Below, in pieces: positions 1 to 16,363 of a stretch of DNA of 64,000 nt. The notes under the pieces are model-generated. The model did no database searches and had not been told where the DNA came from. It was given only the letters and a program-made list of their open reading frames with translations. Origin of the DNA: the human T2T-CHM13v2.0 reference genome, Homo sapiens; NCBI RefSeq assembly GCF_009914755.1, contig NC_060933.1; one strand, written 5' to 3'. A program made the position numbers and the translations under genes. Numbering within the stretch: position 1 is the stretch's first letter; each line of letters starts with the position of its first letter.

Positions 1-72
1 CTGGTGATGCGAACCTACGAGCGCGAACTGCATTGCCAGAGTCCTTTACTGCTCTTTATGCAACTAGGTTAA
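1..72 (+). promoter_or_regulatory. Possible tail of a CpG-rich promoter/first-exon region
   Basis: Four CpGs in the first 25 bp, in an otherwise CpG-poor window. An imperfect ZNF143/SBS-like string (aactgcattgccagagtcc) is present, with a weak donor-like AG|GTTAAT at 66-73. The region is cut by the window edge. Confidence 0.2.
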
Positions 73-764
73 TCCTTTTTGTTGCTTCTTTCTTTCTTTC
101 CGGAAAAGAACTCAGAGAGGATTTTACTGTAGGTAATGTCTGGGAACAGTTCTTTCTTTTATGTGCACTGTGGTGCTTGCTGCTATAAAGCCAGTGACTT
201 AGCCAACTTTGAAGTCATCAGTTCTGATTTGTCACTCAGTAGGTTCAGTTTATGGGGGCAAAGAACCAAGCCATCCCATTCTGGGGAGGTATAGGATGCA
301 TTTCTTATGAGCTGCTAAAGGCAGAGGTTCATTTGTTCCATGGTCTCAACTGCTCTAAATAACAGATTAGTGAGATGTTGCACCTGACATTTAACCCTGG
401 GCATTAATTAAAAGTGGCCTGCTGTGATATTTGGGCAGGTGTGGGTAGAAGTAGGCAGTAGTAATACTGCTAGAGAGCAAGCTGTGAAAATCTTTTAACA
501 GCATTTTCACATATTTATGTTGTAGAAATGTATTTTAATGACACTGACATAATTTTAGGGCAAAAGAAATAGCGTATCTCAAAAAATTCAGTTGTATTTT
601 GCATTCAGTTGATGAGGAGGTAAGACACGGTACAGAGTGTTTCACTATTATTCAGCTTAATCACAATGTGTAGTCAATTTACAATATATACCAAGCCCTG
701 TGTTAGGCAGTCTATATGCTTTCTTTTATTGTCATGTTGGAACAACGTGTATTTAACCTTTAGT

Positions 765-870
765 AAATTTTATTGAGCACTTATTTTGTGCCAGTTGCTG
801 GAGATGTAGCTGTGTACACAATAGATGAGGTTTCTCATGTCAAGGAAGTTAAATTCTGGTCAGCCACAGA
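765..870 (-). mobile_element. L2 3' fragment
   Basis: ttattgagcacttattttgtgccag...ggagatgtagctgtg resembles the antisense L2 3' end. Confidence 0.55.
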
Positions 871-891
871 CAATATTCAAAAGTAGTGTGA

Positions 892-1345
<454 letters not shown>

Positions 1346-1351
1346 GAAGAG

Positions 1352-1465
1352 TGGAAGTTCCACAAAGACAGGGGTTTGTGTCTGTTATATCTACGGTTTA
1401 ACTTCATCAACTAGAACAGTACCTGACAAAAAATATATACAACAACACTGTTTGTTAAATGCCTG
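1352..1465 (+). mobile_element. L2 3' end fragment
   Basis: aagttccacaaagacagggg...ctagaacagtacctgaca...tttgttaaatg. Confidence 0.55.
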
Positions 1466-1792
1466 GAAGGTAAGAGATGAAGATTAGAGACACTGAATTC
1501 TTTGTCCATGGATCCCTATGCCTATAAAATACATAAGCCTTCTAGATATTATTTGTTTTTTCATTTTCTACTTTTACATTTGTTTTCAATTGAGGAAAAT
1601 TCTAACTTAAAAGCTCAAACCTTTCCCCACATGTTCTCTTGTCTGAATATTGAGGGGATTTTGTTGTTGTTGTTGTCACTCTTGTTAGAGTTGTTATTTT
1701 GAGTATAGCTTTCTTACATTTCAATTGAAACCATTATTCACAGAAAGTTAACAAAATGTTGATATCAAAAACAGTTTCTAAAGTACTGCCTA

Positions 1793-4440
<2,648 letters not shown>

Positions 4441-5155
4441 TTAGTACCCCCTTTTATTTTAAGCATCCCAGTGTTAAATGGTCACTGCAATAAAATGATA
4501 TTTCTATTATCTCCCTGTTTTATATGGGGTATAAGTAAGGAAAAATTAATACTCTGAAAGAGTTTTTAAAGCTATTTTTCTCAGTGGACGGTCATGTTTC
4601 TAATAGAACCAGAAGAGGAGGAAACTATTTAGAAGACAGTTTGCAAATATATGCGTACTTGTAGGGGGCTAGTTTGAGAGCTTTATAGATAGCCAAGGTT
4701 CTTGGGAGTAAGAGAAGAAATGACTGCTGGGGTCATATTAGGGGATTCACAGAATGAGGTGAAGGGCATCTGTGAGCCTTAGATCTTTCACAGTGACCAG
4801 TCCTATACCACAGAGCATATGGAGATTGAATACCTCAGGGTCAGATGGGCGGTCTCACAAAAAAAAAATGTAGATTCTGTTGCAAATGAAATTATGCAGT
4901 GATTGAAGATGCAATATTTTGGTGGCCAGTCATGCTTTAAAGAAGGGGCTACCTCACAGGAGCAATGGACTGGACAGAGACCTAATTTCTATTACTTCAA
5001 ATCACAATGTAGTACATAGCTTAACCCCATCATTGAATTATCCTCTTGATTCATTCACTCATTGATTCATTTATTCAATAAAACATCATTTATGGATTGC
5101 TATGTTAACAGTCATGGCAGAATCTGTCTATCTAAACCTAAAGAGTATAAATTCT

Positions 5156-5465
<310 letters not shown>

Positions 5466-6542
5466 AGTATAAATTCTACAAGAGGAAGCTCAGAAGATGA
5501 AATCTAACTACAATAAAATTTGAGAGATAAATACCGTAAAGCATATTAGTTGGTATTATTAACATCATCATATTAATGACTGCTATTTACTGAATGCTCA
5601 TATAGTGTAGGAACTGTCCAAACACTAAAGCCCTGTTTATTGAGTGCCACGGGGGCAGATATTCATTACCCACCTTTTGGGACTGACTGGTTGATTAGTA
5701 AGTGCTTGGGGTCACTCACTTGGCACACACTTAAAACACAAAGTGCTCTGTTCAAAAATGGGTTGCTTTTACCAACAGAAAAGTCTTTAGGAGATAACGG
5801 CCTTTAGTTGGGCCTTAGAATATAGCTACATTCAAGATGTAAGTGGGGAAACACGAGTCAATGTGGAGGTGATTTTTGGAAGGCATTTCTATGAAACAAT
5901 GAGATAATTATTTTGGCTAGATTATAAGCTGGTGAAAGGCATGGGTGAGAAATAATACTCAAAAGACATGTCATGCCTGAAGCCATGCCATATATGCATT
6001 GAACATATAAATATCCGCTAAAAAACAAGGAAAAAGAAAGAAATCATAAATTGTGCAGCAATAGAACATTTTCAGAAATCCTAATCCATGTCACCTTCCT
6101 CTCTCCGCCGACCATAGCTGCTATTTCTACCTTTTGCCATTCCCCAAATTCAAGCAGGTGGCTTGATCTTTGTTTACAAAATCTTAAGTCTTATGTGGAA
6201 TAAGGAGAGGATTTGGGAAATAGACAATGTGATTCCATCAAAGTCATAAAAGGACAAGGATTTTTCCTAGTCAGAAATAGAGGGAGGAGAGGCAGGGAGA
6301 AGAGGCGTACGCAAATGACTGACAGCTGTGGCAGGAGGTCCAGAAGCTACCTGTGAGGAAGAGCCAAATGTGGCCAAACAAATAAATTAACAGTGATGGG
6401 ATATCTGGACCTAAAAGAATATGATGGCTTTGAGGTTGGATATTGTGATAGGGTGATAAAAGACTCGAAGCCTAAGTGTCCTTTACCCTCTATAACCCCA
6501 AGTAACTTTGATAGAGACCTTGAATAGGGGTAGACAGAAGTA

Positions 6543-6643
6543 TTAGGCTGGTGCAAAAGCAATTGCAGTTTTTGCCATTAAAAGTAATGTAGAAGTAACT
6601 AAAAGCAATGGCAAAAACCGCGATTACTTTTGCGCCAACCTAA
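6543..6643. mobile_element. MADE1 (Hsmar1-derived MITE) with expanded spacer
   Basis: TIRs ttaggctggtgcaaaagcaattgc / gcgattacttttgcgccaacctaa, with TA TSDs at 6541-42 and 6644-45. Confidence 0.9.
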
Positions 6644-6828
6644 TACTAGTAGATGGAGTGGTAATCAAAGTCAAGAAAGACAAAGTTTCTCACATGTCTA
6701 GTATGATGGGAAGAAACTTGAACATAACATTAATCTATTAAAAATCAAGTTATAGAAAATAAAGCCATAGTTTTTAAATATCAAAATTTGTTGGCTGATT
6801 AGTGTCAGCTGTTTCAAACTATTCAGGC

Positions 6829-7172
6829 TGTATTTATCAGGCTAGGCTAGCCTAAGATGGGGCAAGAAAAAACAAAAAACAAAAAACAAATCTCAGTGCC
6901 TTAACCCAATACACATGTATCTTTCTGCCTGCTTAGAGTCTGATATGGTTCAGCAGCCCTTCTTTATCTTGTGGAAAAATGAAACACTCTAAGGTTACTA
7001 TTGAGAAAAAAGAGGTAGGTAGACAAAGCACACTAGTTTCTAATTGCTCCAGCCTGGAAGACACATTGTTGTCTTGCAGTAGTTAGATAGTTTTAAATTA
7101 AATAGTAGAGGGGAAGGGGCAGTGAGAAATACAGAATAGCGCATAGATATTTGGTTGGCACCAACCATCTGT
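6829..7172 (-). mobile_element. Old MaLR LTR (MLT1-type)
   Basis: tcaggctaggctagc...aatctcagtgccttaac...acatgtatctttctg pattern. Confidence 0.5.
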
Positions 7173-8003
7173 GACCCAGAGACCCCAGCAGTTGGACAAA
7201 GGAGAAATCTTGTTTCAGCTTCTGCATTGCAAATACTTCACTTCTTCGAGATAAGTGCTATTTTCCTTCCTGTGGCAGAGGGCTTTTTGAATCCATGGTT
7301 CTTGCTTTCTGGACTCTCAGAATGTTCCATGAAGTCCATTTGTATGTTCAAATGATGCTTTAATTCTTCTTCCCCCTCATTTTCTGCCTTTCTCCCCCAT
7401 AAAAGTTACAAAACTAATGAAACAGTTAATTGTGTGACATAAAGAAAAATTCATCAATTGCATTTCAAAATTTGTGTTAAAATTGAAAATCTGGGGTTAT
7501 TTAATTATTGCTCTAATAATTCAATAGCATACTGTTTTAAGACTATTTTTTGGGCCAATAATTGAATTGAATTGCAGCAAATCTTTATCAGTTTGATGTC
7601 TGTAAATTTCTTCTACTAAAAAAAAGTCTTTGCAGTGATTGTACTAATATGGCATAAGGGTGGCATTTAAGATTGTCCCTTGAGGAGTAAAGAAAGAACA
7701 GACCATTTCAGACACTTTAAAACATAGGATATTCTCTTGGTGTCTGCAATTTATGCTCACACACTGCAAGCCATCCTCTACTACCATGGACATGTGCAAA
7801 AAACAAAAATGTCATGGGTCCCTGTAAATGCTAGATTATCTCTGTCTTGAGAATTCCATCTTATTAAACTGATTTGACATTGGATTAAAACAACTCACCA
7901 AACAGTGTGTTATAACCAGAGGCAACAGGGCATTATAGGATTAACATTTGGTCCTAAGAGAGGTTAAGTTTCCAGCTGATTTGTCAGTGACTCAATTCAA
8001 TGA

Positions 8004-8316
<313 letters not shown>

Positions 8317-10314
8317 CCCCCCCTTTTTTTTTTCTTTAATTATAACCTAGATCCTGATTCTAGCAAATAATATAGGGAAAATATGTATGTATGATTTGCA
8401 TGATTTGTTGATTTTGTAGCAAAACTTTTCCCCAAAATGCAGATCTATGTAAATAAGCCTCTACATTCTGCTTTTAATGTGCTATTATTTCAGACTTAAA
8501 GTATAAAGAAAAATAAGAGATGAAAGGAGAGATAAAACAAAAAAAGGAATAAATGAATAAATAAATGAAAGAAAAATGAGAAAAGAAAGACTGTACATTG
8601 CCATACATTTTTTTCTTCACTGATGATGCAAGTTATTGCCTTATTCTTGGTTTAAAAAAAATCTTCAGGTGGACTCTACTAAATGATTGTCATTTATCAC
8701 ATCAGAGAACTTGGCACATAGGTTTAGATAGTTTATTGTGTTGTATGCTGCTGATAAATTTACAAACACAGCAACTGTCACCCTCTCTCTCAAATTCATT
8801 TTCCATATGCTGAGTGGTTTTAAAAAAATATTTGGCCTGTACAAGTTTTTCCTGGCTAAATTGAGCTTGTTTGAATATTAAATGTTTTAAGAATCAGAAA
8901 GAATAAGATATTTATAAATGTACTCTGAGATATCAGCAAATTTGTTCAGATGAGAAGAATCATTCTTTGACAACACAGAATTATTACACCCTTTTGTACA
9001 GCAAAGCTATTGAGGAGTTGAAGAATGGATGTTAAGTGCAGCAATGCCTAAAACTGGGATATTGGCCCAGGATTTTTATTCTTTTGCCACTTACAGATGC
9101 CAGCAAGCTTATCTGCTTTAATATTCTTCAGCATTTAATTAATCTGAAGAGTAGCATGAAAATAACTTTTTTCCAGATCAGTTTGCCATCTGACCAATAG
9201 TTTATATTACACAGTTGGGATTTCCCATTAAACAGACCTTTACCTGTTGCCTGGCTTGCTCTGACGTTGCTAAGGGTATTATTCTTTCAGCTTATGAATG
9301 ATAGACTATACTTTCCTATCACTGAGGACTATACTTTTTCAATATCATTTTAGTAACTCCATTCATTTATGTTATAGGTCAGTCTTCTTTGAGATCATTT
9401 CACCGGCAGATAGGGAAAGTTAGAATTGTTCTTTTATAAAAGAATTTTATAACTTAGGACTTTTTTTTCCATTCCATCTAATACTGTTACATTTTGAAGA
9501 AAATAAAAGATTTTAAATAATAGTTTCCTATTTCTACTCTCTACTGGAACCCATCACAGTGTTTGAAAATATTGAATTTTGTTGTTATTCTGCTAATAAC
9601 ACTCTGAAGTTCCAACTTGGTGGGTCAAGTGAACTCCATGAAATATGCTAAACACTGTGTGGACATCTTCCTTCATATGTAGCTGCCAAGTTATTAATAT
9701 TTTACACTTTAAAAGAAAGGAAGTATTTCTTTCTGACCCTATCTTAGTTTTCAACAGGTATTTTATGATGGATTTAAGGTAGAGATATGAAAGTTACATT
9801 GCCGTAACCAATGGCTTCATTTTGGTCTCTCTTTAGTTTTTGTTATTGTATTAAGATTCTGTGGTTTGACTGTATTCTTCTAACTTCTGTATTCTTTCTT
9901 AAATATTTATTTCTGCCAAGGGCTACATTTCTCTGAATTGTGAAATTTTTGAGCCATGTTTCAACATCACTTATATATGTCAGAATCTCAAATCAGTTCA
10001 TTTTCTGGATGTTCGTGGTGCTAATATGAATTTAAAAAAAGAAAAGGAAAGCAGATATAGGGAACCTACAATTGAATATTATATTCAGAGCTTTCTTTTT
10101 TTTTCTTTTAAATTATAATATGAATAACAAAGAAAGCATGCATTTGGCATCTGTAAATGATCACTTTATTAATCAATATTAAAAACATTTTAAACATTTC
10201 TGAATCTGATATTTTTCCAAAGTAAATTTAGAGACTTGTATCCCTTAAGTAGTTTTCCTTAAGTAGTTTCAAGTACTAAAGAATTCGGCTTTTGGAAATG
10301 TAATACATGGAAAG

Positions 10315-10510
10315 AACAAAGACATGGGGAGAGAAAGACTTGGTTTTAAATCTTAATTCCATAATGTATTATTTTATAGTCTGAAAACATTATCTCTTTT
10401 GAGTCTCCCAGTTTCCCAGTCCTGGTTGAGGTATAGTGATAATCATACATATTTCTCTGGGTTATTAGAGGTTTAAATTAGAAAATATATAAGTTCTCAG
10501 TAATTGTTAG
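10315..10510 (+). mobile_element. MIR
   Basis: agacttggttttaaatctt...ctctttgagtctc-like core...taattgttag. Confidence 0.5.
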
Positions 10511-10596
10511 TTTTTCCCTCACTCTATTCCTCCTGTTTCAGATCTGTTTTATGTAATAATTGTCCATTTAATATCTTAGCTGTAGGCCAGGGGTTA

Positions 10597-10802
10597 CAGA
10601 GGTATTCTGGTAAATGTTTAACAACTATTTCTTCAGAGAAAGAAAATCCTGATTTATAGTGCTTATTAGTTTCTTTGGGGGTGGGAGGAACCAACATGAC
10701 CAACTAGAAGCTGTCAATATGATGTCATGAGGGAAGAGTTGGGAAGAGATGCACACAATCCCTTCTTGCAGGCTGGCAGGACAGGGCACTAGCACACCAC
10801 TA
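10597..10802. mobile_element. MER63-like hAT element
   Basis: ggtattctggtaaatgtttaacaac ... agcacaccact termini. Confidence 0.65.
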
Positions 10803-11336
10803 ATGTTTCACATATAAAGCTGATTCCTCTATTCTTTCTCCACAGTCTTTCTATAGTTAACTAAAAAGAGGGAAAATGGAAAAGAATTAGTTCAGCAAGT
10901 GACCGCTTAAACAAAAATAATCAAGTGGAGATGTCTTGTGAGTTATTTATAGGTTCTAAATTCAAGATGGTAGAAAGAGCTGAAAATTTGGATGGTGAGT
11001 CCTGACTTCCTCCCTGCCTCTCACCCACTTCTTGTTTTAATGCAGACCCTGTTTTAGGTGTTGATTATATGATTTTAAATAAAAATTATTGGTTTCTTAT
11101 TACTTTATGTCGTTGATAGTCTTATGAGAGATTAACAAGCAAATAAAAGCAAAAAATCACAAGTTATGGTGTGTATATGAAGAAAGTTTTACAGCTGTCA
11201 TTCAAACCCTTCCCAAGAGCTAGTTTCCTTCTAGAAAATATTTGGAAAGGAGAGAATTTATTTGTACTTCTTCTAGGGTAAGATATTAAGGCTTCTCCAT
11301 AATCTCCTGGTGCCTTTTCACTGCCCCTGGTCTTAC

Positions 11337-11928
11337 TGTGACAAGCTCACTTTGCTGCCAGTTACTGCCTGGAACTGCCTGGAACCTGCATTCAATCACC
11401 TTTGACAACGGAGAGGTATATGAAGATGGGCCACACCTCCTCTCCCTGAACTTCTGATCAAGATGGCCTTAAGATTTCCCTCATCTTGACTAAACTTTAA
11501 AAAGCTTTATTCCTGACTCTATTGTCTTCTGAATTCCCTTTTCTTGGAGCATTTACTTTAGAAAACTTGCAGTTATAAATTATTTCTCTGACCCTTTGAG
11601 ATGTAAGTCTTCTACAACCCAGAACTTCTCAAGGACTTGAGAGCCGTCTCTTTGAAATGTAATAATAAGAAAAGATCTAAAAGATCACATCCCATTTCAG
11701 TGGGAAGGTAGGAGACTACTTTCTTTGGTAAGTGCTGATGATGGCCTTATCACATTAACCAACCTCATCCTAAGATTCTCCAGTACTTTTCCACTAGCTC
11801 ACCTTAGCTGAAAAACTCTTCTGCCTTTTATTTCAACGGAGTTGAGTTCAACCTCTTTCTTCTTACAGTAGTCTTGATTGAAGTCTTCCTTGCCTGTTTA
11901 ACTGGTCCAGTGCAATTTTTCTTTTACA
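11337..11928 (+). mobile_element. ERV1 MER4-group solo LTR (MER31/MER34-like)
   Basis: TG...CA ends; cttgactaaacttta, ctctgaccctttgagatgtaa, gagttgagttcaacctct and aagtcttccttgcctgtttaact. Confidence 0.6.
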
Positions 11929-13579
11929 CTTGTGTATTGATTTTTCTCTATATAAAAATACAACTGAAGAGCATTGAGTATAAATAAAGCCAACAAATAT
12001 GGGAAGGAAACTGCAAAGTAGATCCTAAATAGGACTTTCTCAACAACCTACAGAAAAGGCACCTTCATAACCCCATAGAAGTGTCCACTCACAGGTATAC
12101 CTCACTTCATAACCTTAATGCTTTCAGGTATGCATTTCACAAAAAACAAAGACAATAGAAACAAGGGCAGCAAGAACAATGAAACACTTTCCTTTCTTTA
12201 TGCCTTCCCTGAGCTTTACTGTTGTTATTTTCTTTTTTATGGGAGACCTCACCCTTCGTCCTCAAAGATTGTTGTGCCTTTAGTAAGCAACCCTTCTCTT
12301 TTCCCACACCCACTGTCAGTACATTGTAGGTTTCTCCAAGTTAGAGTATTCAGTCAATAGCCCTTTGACATTCTAGGGACAGCCTGGGGAGAGAAGCACA
12401 TTTGATTAAATAGCCCAGGGTAGAAGTGAGCATTCCAACACAAGTCCACTTAGAGTTTTCACCACAGCATGAGTTGTAAACATGTTTGTCTAATTATCAC
12501 ATATGTACAAGGTAACTGCTGGATCCTACACACAAAGACATGTCCCAACAACAAATAGTAATTCTCAGAAACATTCTAAACCCACCAGGAGGAAGAGGAA
12601 TATTTTCCAAATTGCATTCGTAATTTACGTGGCTATCTCTTTCACCACGAAGTCAGATCTTGGCATTAGCATTCATTTTTTTTTTTCTGTCTCTGCTACG
12701 TTGTGCCCTTTTGATTGCCCAAGAATAAGAAAAGGGAATATTCTTCAGTAGAATTGCAACTTTTGCCACACAAAGACCTGTATGCCGTTTTGGCATAATA
12801 TTTGTGAACTTTTGGTAATGACCATCCTCAACATCTTTTGAGGAGTGAGAAGTGGACAAAAGTGATTCTAGTTAAAATAAAACAATAAACAGTAAATAGT
12901 AGGGTAAGAATTAAGCAGACACTTAGCTTTTTTCTTATTTTATTGATGAGTTATAAAATCTCTAGATTTGAATTAAGGTTTGATGTTATAGCTTATTTAG
13001 TTTTACATCTTCCATAATGTCTAGTACATGACCTTAGATCTTTCAGACTCATATGAAATATCAGGGCCAGGGAATGTAATAGGAGAATGGTATTTCACTG
13101 ACAACAACGTTATAAGCATATCTGTTGAACACACCAGTTTTCCAAAAGTCTCAGTGAATTTTTGCATCATTATAGACTTGCTGTTATTACTATACTATAA
13201 GGAATTTGGGATTTCAAAACTGACTTTGGAGAATGAGAGACCTTATTCCCAAGAAATATATGTCTTTCTAGAATTCACTCTGTAATTTTTTTGATACCTT
13301 TGGACTTTCAGAGTAAACATTAATGGACATTGGTAAAATTGATGAAACAAGTAAGTGGATGAGTAACATTGGCATGCCTCCATTTGTTTCTACAACTTGA
13401 GATAATTGTGATAGCAGATTTATCCAAATAATGCAGTTTATTTTTTAAATGGGACCTCAGCTCTTTATCTAATTGTGCATGTTTCAAGAGAGGAGAATTC
13501 AAGTGGCAAATTTTAGTTCTGACCACAGATGACAATATTTGGTTTTCTGTGAAATATATTCAGTTTAGGTTTAGTTATG

Positions 13580-16363
13580 TGTATTAGTTCATTTTCATGC
13601 TGCTGATGAAGACATACCCAAGACTGAGCAATTTACAAGAGGTTTAATAGACTTACAGTTCCACATGGCTGGGGAGGCCTCACAATCATGGCAGAAGGTG
13701 AAAGGCACATCTCATATGGTGGCAGACAAGAGAAGAGAGCTTGTGCAGGGAAACTCCCCTTTTGAAAACCATCAGATCTTGTGAGACTTTTTCACTATCA
13801 TAAGAACAGCATGGGAAAGACCTGCTCCCATGATTCAATTACCTCCCACCAGGTCACTGTCACAACATGTGGGAATTCAGGATGAGATTCGGGTGGGGAC
13901 ACAGCCAAACCACATTATTCCACCCCAGCCCCTTTCAAATCTCATGTGCTCACATTTCAAAACCAATCACACCTTCCCAACAGTCCCCCAAAGTCTTAAC
14001 TCATTTCAGCATTAAATCAAAAGCCCACAGTCCAACATCTCATCTGAGACAGGGCAAGTCCCTTCCACCTATAAGCCTGTAAAATCAAAAGCAAGTTAGT
14101 TACTTCCTAGATACAATGGAGATACAGGCATTAGGTAAATGCAGCCATTCCAAGTGGGAGACATTGGCCAAAACAAAGGAACTCCAGGACTCATGCAAGT
14201 CTGAAATCCAGCAGAGCAGGCAAATCTTAAAGCTCCAAAATGATCTCATTTGACTCCATGTCTCATATCCAGGTAATGCTGATGCAAGAGGTGGGCTCCC
14301 ATGGCCTTGGGCAGCTCTACCCCTGTAACTTTGCTGGGTATAGCCCCCCTCCTGGCTGCGTTCATGGACTAGTGTTGAGTGTCTGGAGCTTTTCCAGGCT
14401 CATGGTGCAGACTGTTGGTGGATCTACCATTCTGGGTTCTGGAGGACAGTGGTTCTCTTCTCACAGCTCCACTAGGCAGTGCTCCAGTAGGGACTCTGGA
14501 TCGAGGCTCCAACCCCACATTTCCCTTCTGCACTGCCTGTTACATGCGTCCATATGAAGAGACCACCAAACAGGCTTTGTGTGAGCAATTAAGCTTTCTA
14601 ATCACCTGGGTGCAGGTGGGCTGAGTCCAAAAAGAGAGTCAGTGAAGGGAGATGGGGTGGGGCCATTTTATAGGATTTGGGTAGGTAAAGGAAAATTCCA
14701 GTCAAAGGGGGATGGTCTCTGGTGGGCAGGGGCAGTGGTCACAAGGTGCTCAGTGGGAGAGCTTCTGAGCCAGGAGAAGGAATTTCACAAGGTAATGTCA
14801 TCAGTTAAGGCAGGAACCAGCCATTTTCACTTCTTTTGTGATTCTTCAGTTACTTCAGGCCATCTGGATGTATATGTGCAGGCTTGGGCTCAGAGGCCTA
14901 ACACTGCCCTAGCAGAAATTCTCCATGAGGACTGTACCCCTGCAGCAAACTTCTGCCTGGGCATCCAGGCATTTCCTTACATCCTCTGAAATCTAGGCAG
15001 AAGTTCCCAAACCCCAGTTCTTGACTTCTGTGCACTCACAGGCTCAACACCACATGGAAGCTGCCAAGGCTTGGTGCTGTACCCTCTGAAGCCAGGTCCT
15101 AAGCTCTATGTTATTTCCATACATCCTCTGGAATCTGGGCAGAGGTTCCCAAACCTCAGTTTTTTACTTCTGTGCACCTGCAAGCTTAACACCATGTGGA
15201 AGCTGCCAAGACTTGGGGCCCCCACCCTCTGAAACAACAACCTGAGCTGTACCTTTGCCCCTTTTAGTCATGGCTGGAGTGGCTGGGATGCAGGGCACCA
15301 AGTCCCTAGACTGCGCACAGCAGAGAGACACTGGACCCAGCTCACAAAACCAGTTTTTCCTCCTAAACCTCCAGGCCTGTGATGGGAGGGGCTGCCACAA
15401 AGTTCTCTGACATGCCTTGGAGACATTTTCCCCATTGTCTTGGAGATTAACATTTGGCTCCTTTTTACTTATGCAAATTTATGCAGCTGGTTTGAATTTC
15501 TCCTCAGATAATGGGATTTTATTTTCTATCGCATTGACAGGCTGCAAAATTTTCAAACATTTATGCACTGTTTCCCTTCTAAAACTGAATGCATTTAACA
15601 GCATCCAAGTCACCTCTTGAATACTTTGCTGCTTAGAAATTTCTTCCATAAGACACCCTAAATCATGTCTCTCAAGTTCAAAGTTCCACAAATCTCTGGG
15701 GCAAAGCAAAATGCCACCAGTCTCTTTGATAAAACGTAACAGGAGTCACCTTTGCTCCAGTTCCCAACAAGTTCCTTATTTCCATTTGAGACCACCTCAG
15801 CCTGGATTTCATTGCCCGTATCATTATCAGCATTTTGGGCAAAGCCATTCAGCAAATCTCTAGGGAGTTCCAAACTTTCCCACATTTTTCTGTCTTCTGA
15901 GCTCTCCAATCTGTTCCAACTTCTGCCTGTTACCCAGTTCCAAAGTCACTTCCACATTTTTGGGTCTCTTTTCAGCAGCACCCCACTATACTGGTACCAA
16001 TTTACTGTATTATTCTGTTTTCATGCTGCTGATAAAGAAATACCTGAGACTTGGAAATTTACAAAAGAAAGAGGTTTAATGGACTTACAGTTCCACATGG
16101 CTAGGGATACCTCACAATCATGGTGGAAGGCAAGGAGGAACAAGTCACATGTTACATGGATGGCAGCAGGCCAAAGGAGAGATTGTGCAGGGACATTCCC
16201 CCTTATAAAACCATCAAATCTCATGAGACTTCTTCACTATATTCATGAGAACAGTATGGGAAAGACCTGCTCTCATGATTCAATTACCTCCCACTGGGTC
16301 CCTCCTATAACACATTGGCATTCATTAATGAGATTTGGGTGGGGACGCAGCCAAACCATATTA
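13580..16363 (-). mobile_element. Full-length THE1 (MaLR) provirus: LTR 13580-13917, internal region, LTR 16006-16363
   Basis: Both LTRs run tgtattagt...cagccaaaccatat(c/t)a. The internal region has THE1-int hallmarks (ctggtaccaatttac). Contains a nested LTR7. Confidence 0.95.
14538..14903 (-). mobile_element. Solo HERV-H LTR (LTR7B-like)
   Basis: Reverse complement begins tgttaggcctctgagcccaagcctgcac. Contains gaagagaccaccaaacaggctttgtgtgagc. 5-bp TSD ctgcc at 14533-37 and 14904-08. Confidence 0.92.

Noticed and set aside
12380-12900. Higher-complexity unique stretch with short ORFs on both strands
   Set aside because: No recognisable domain or splice structure; it may be an old repeat or conserved non-coding element, which I cannot determine.
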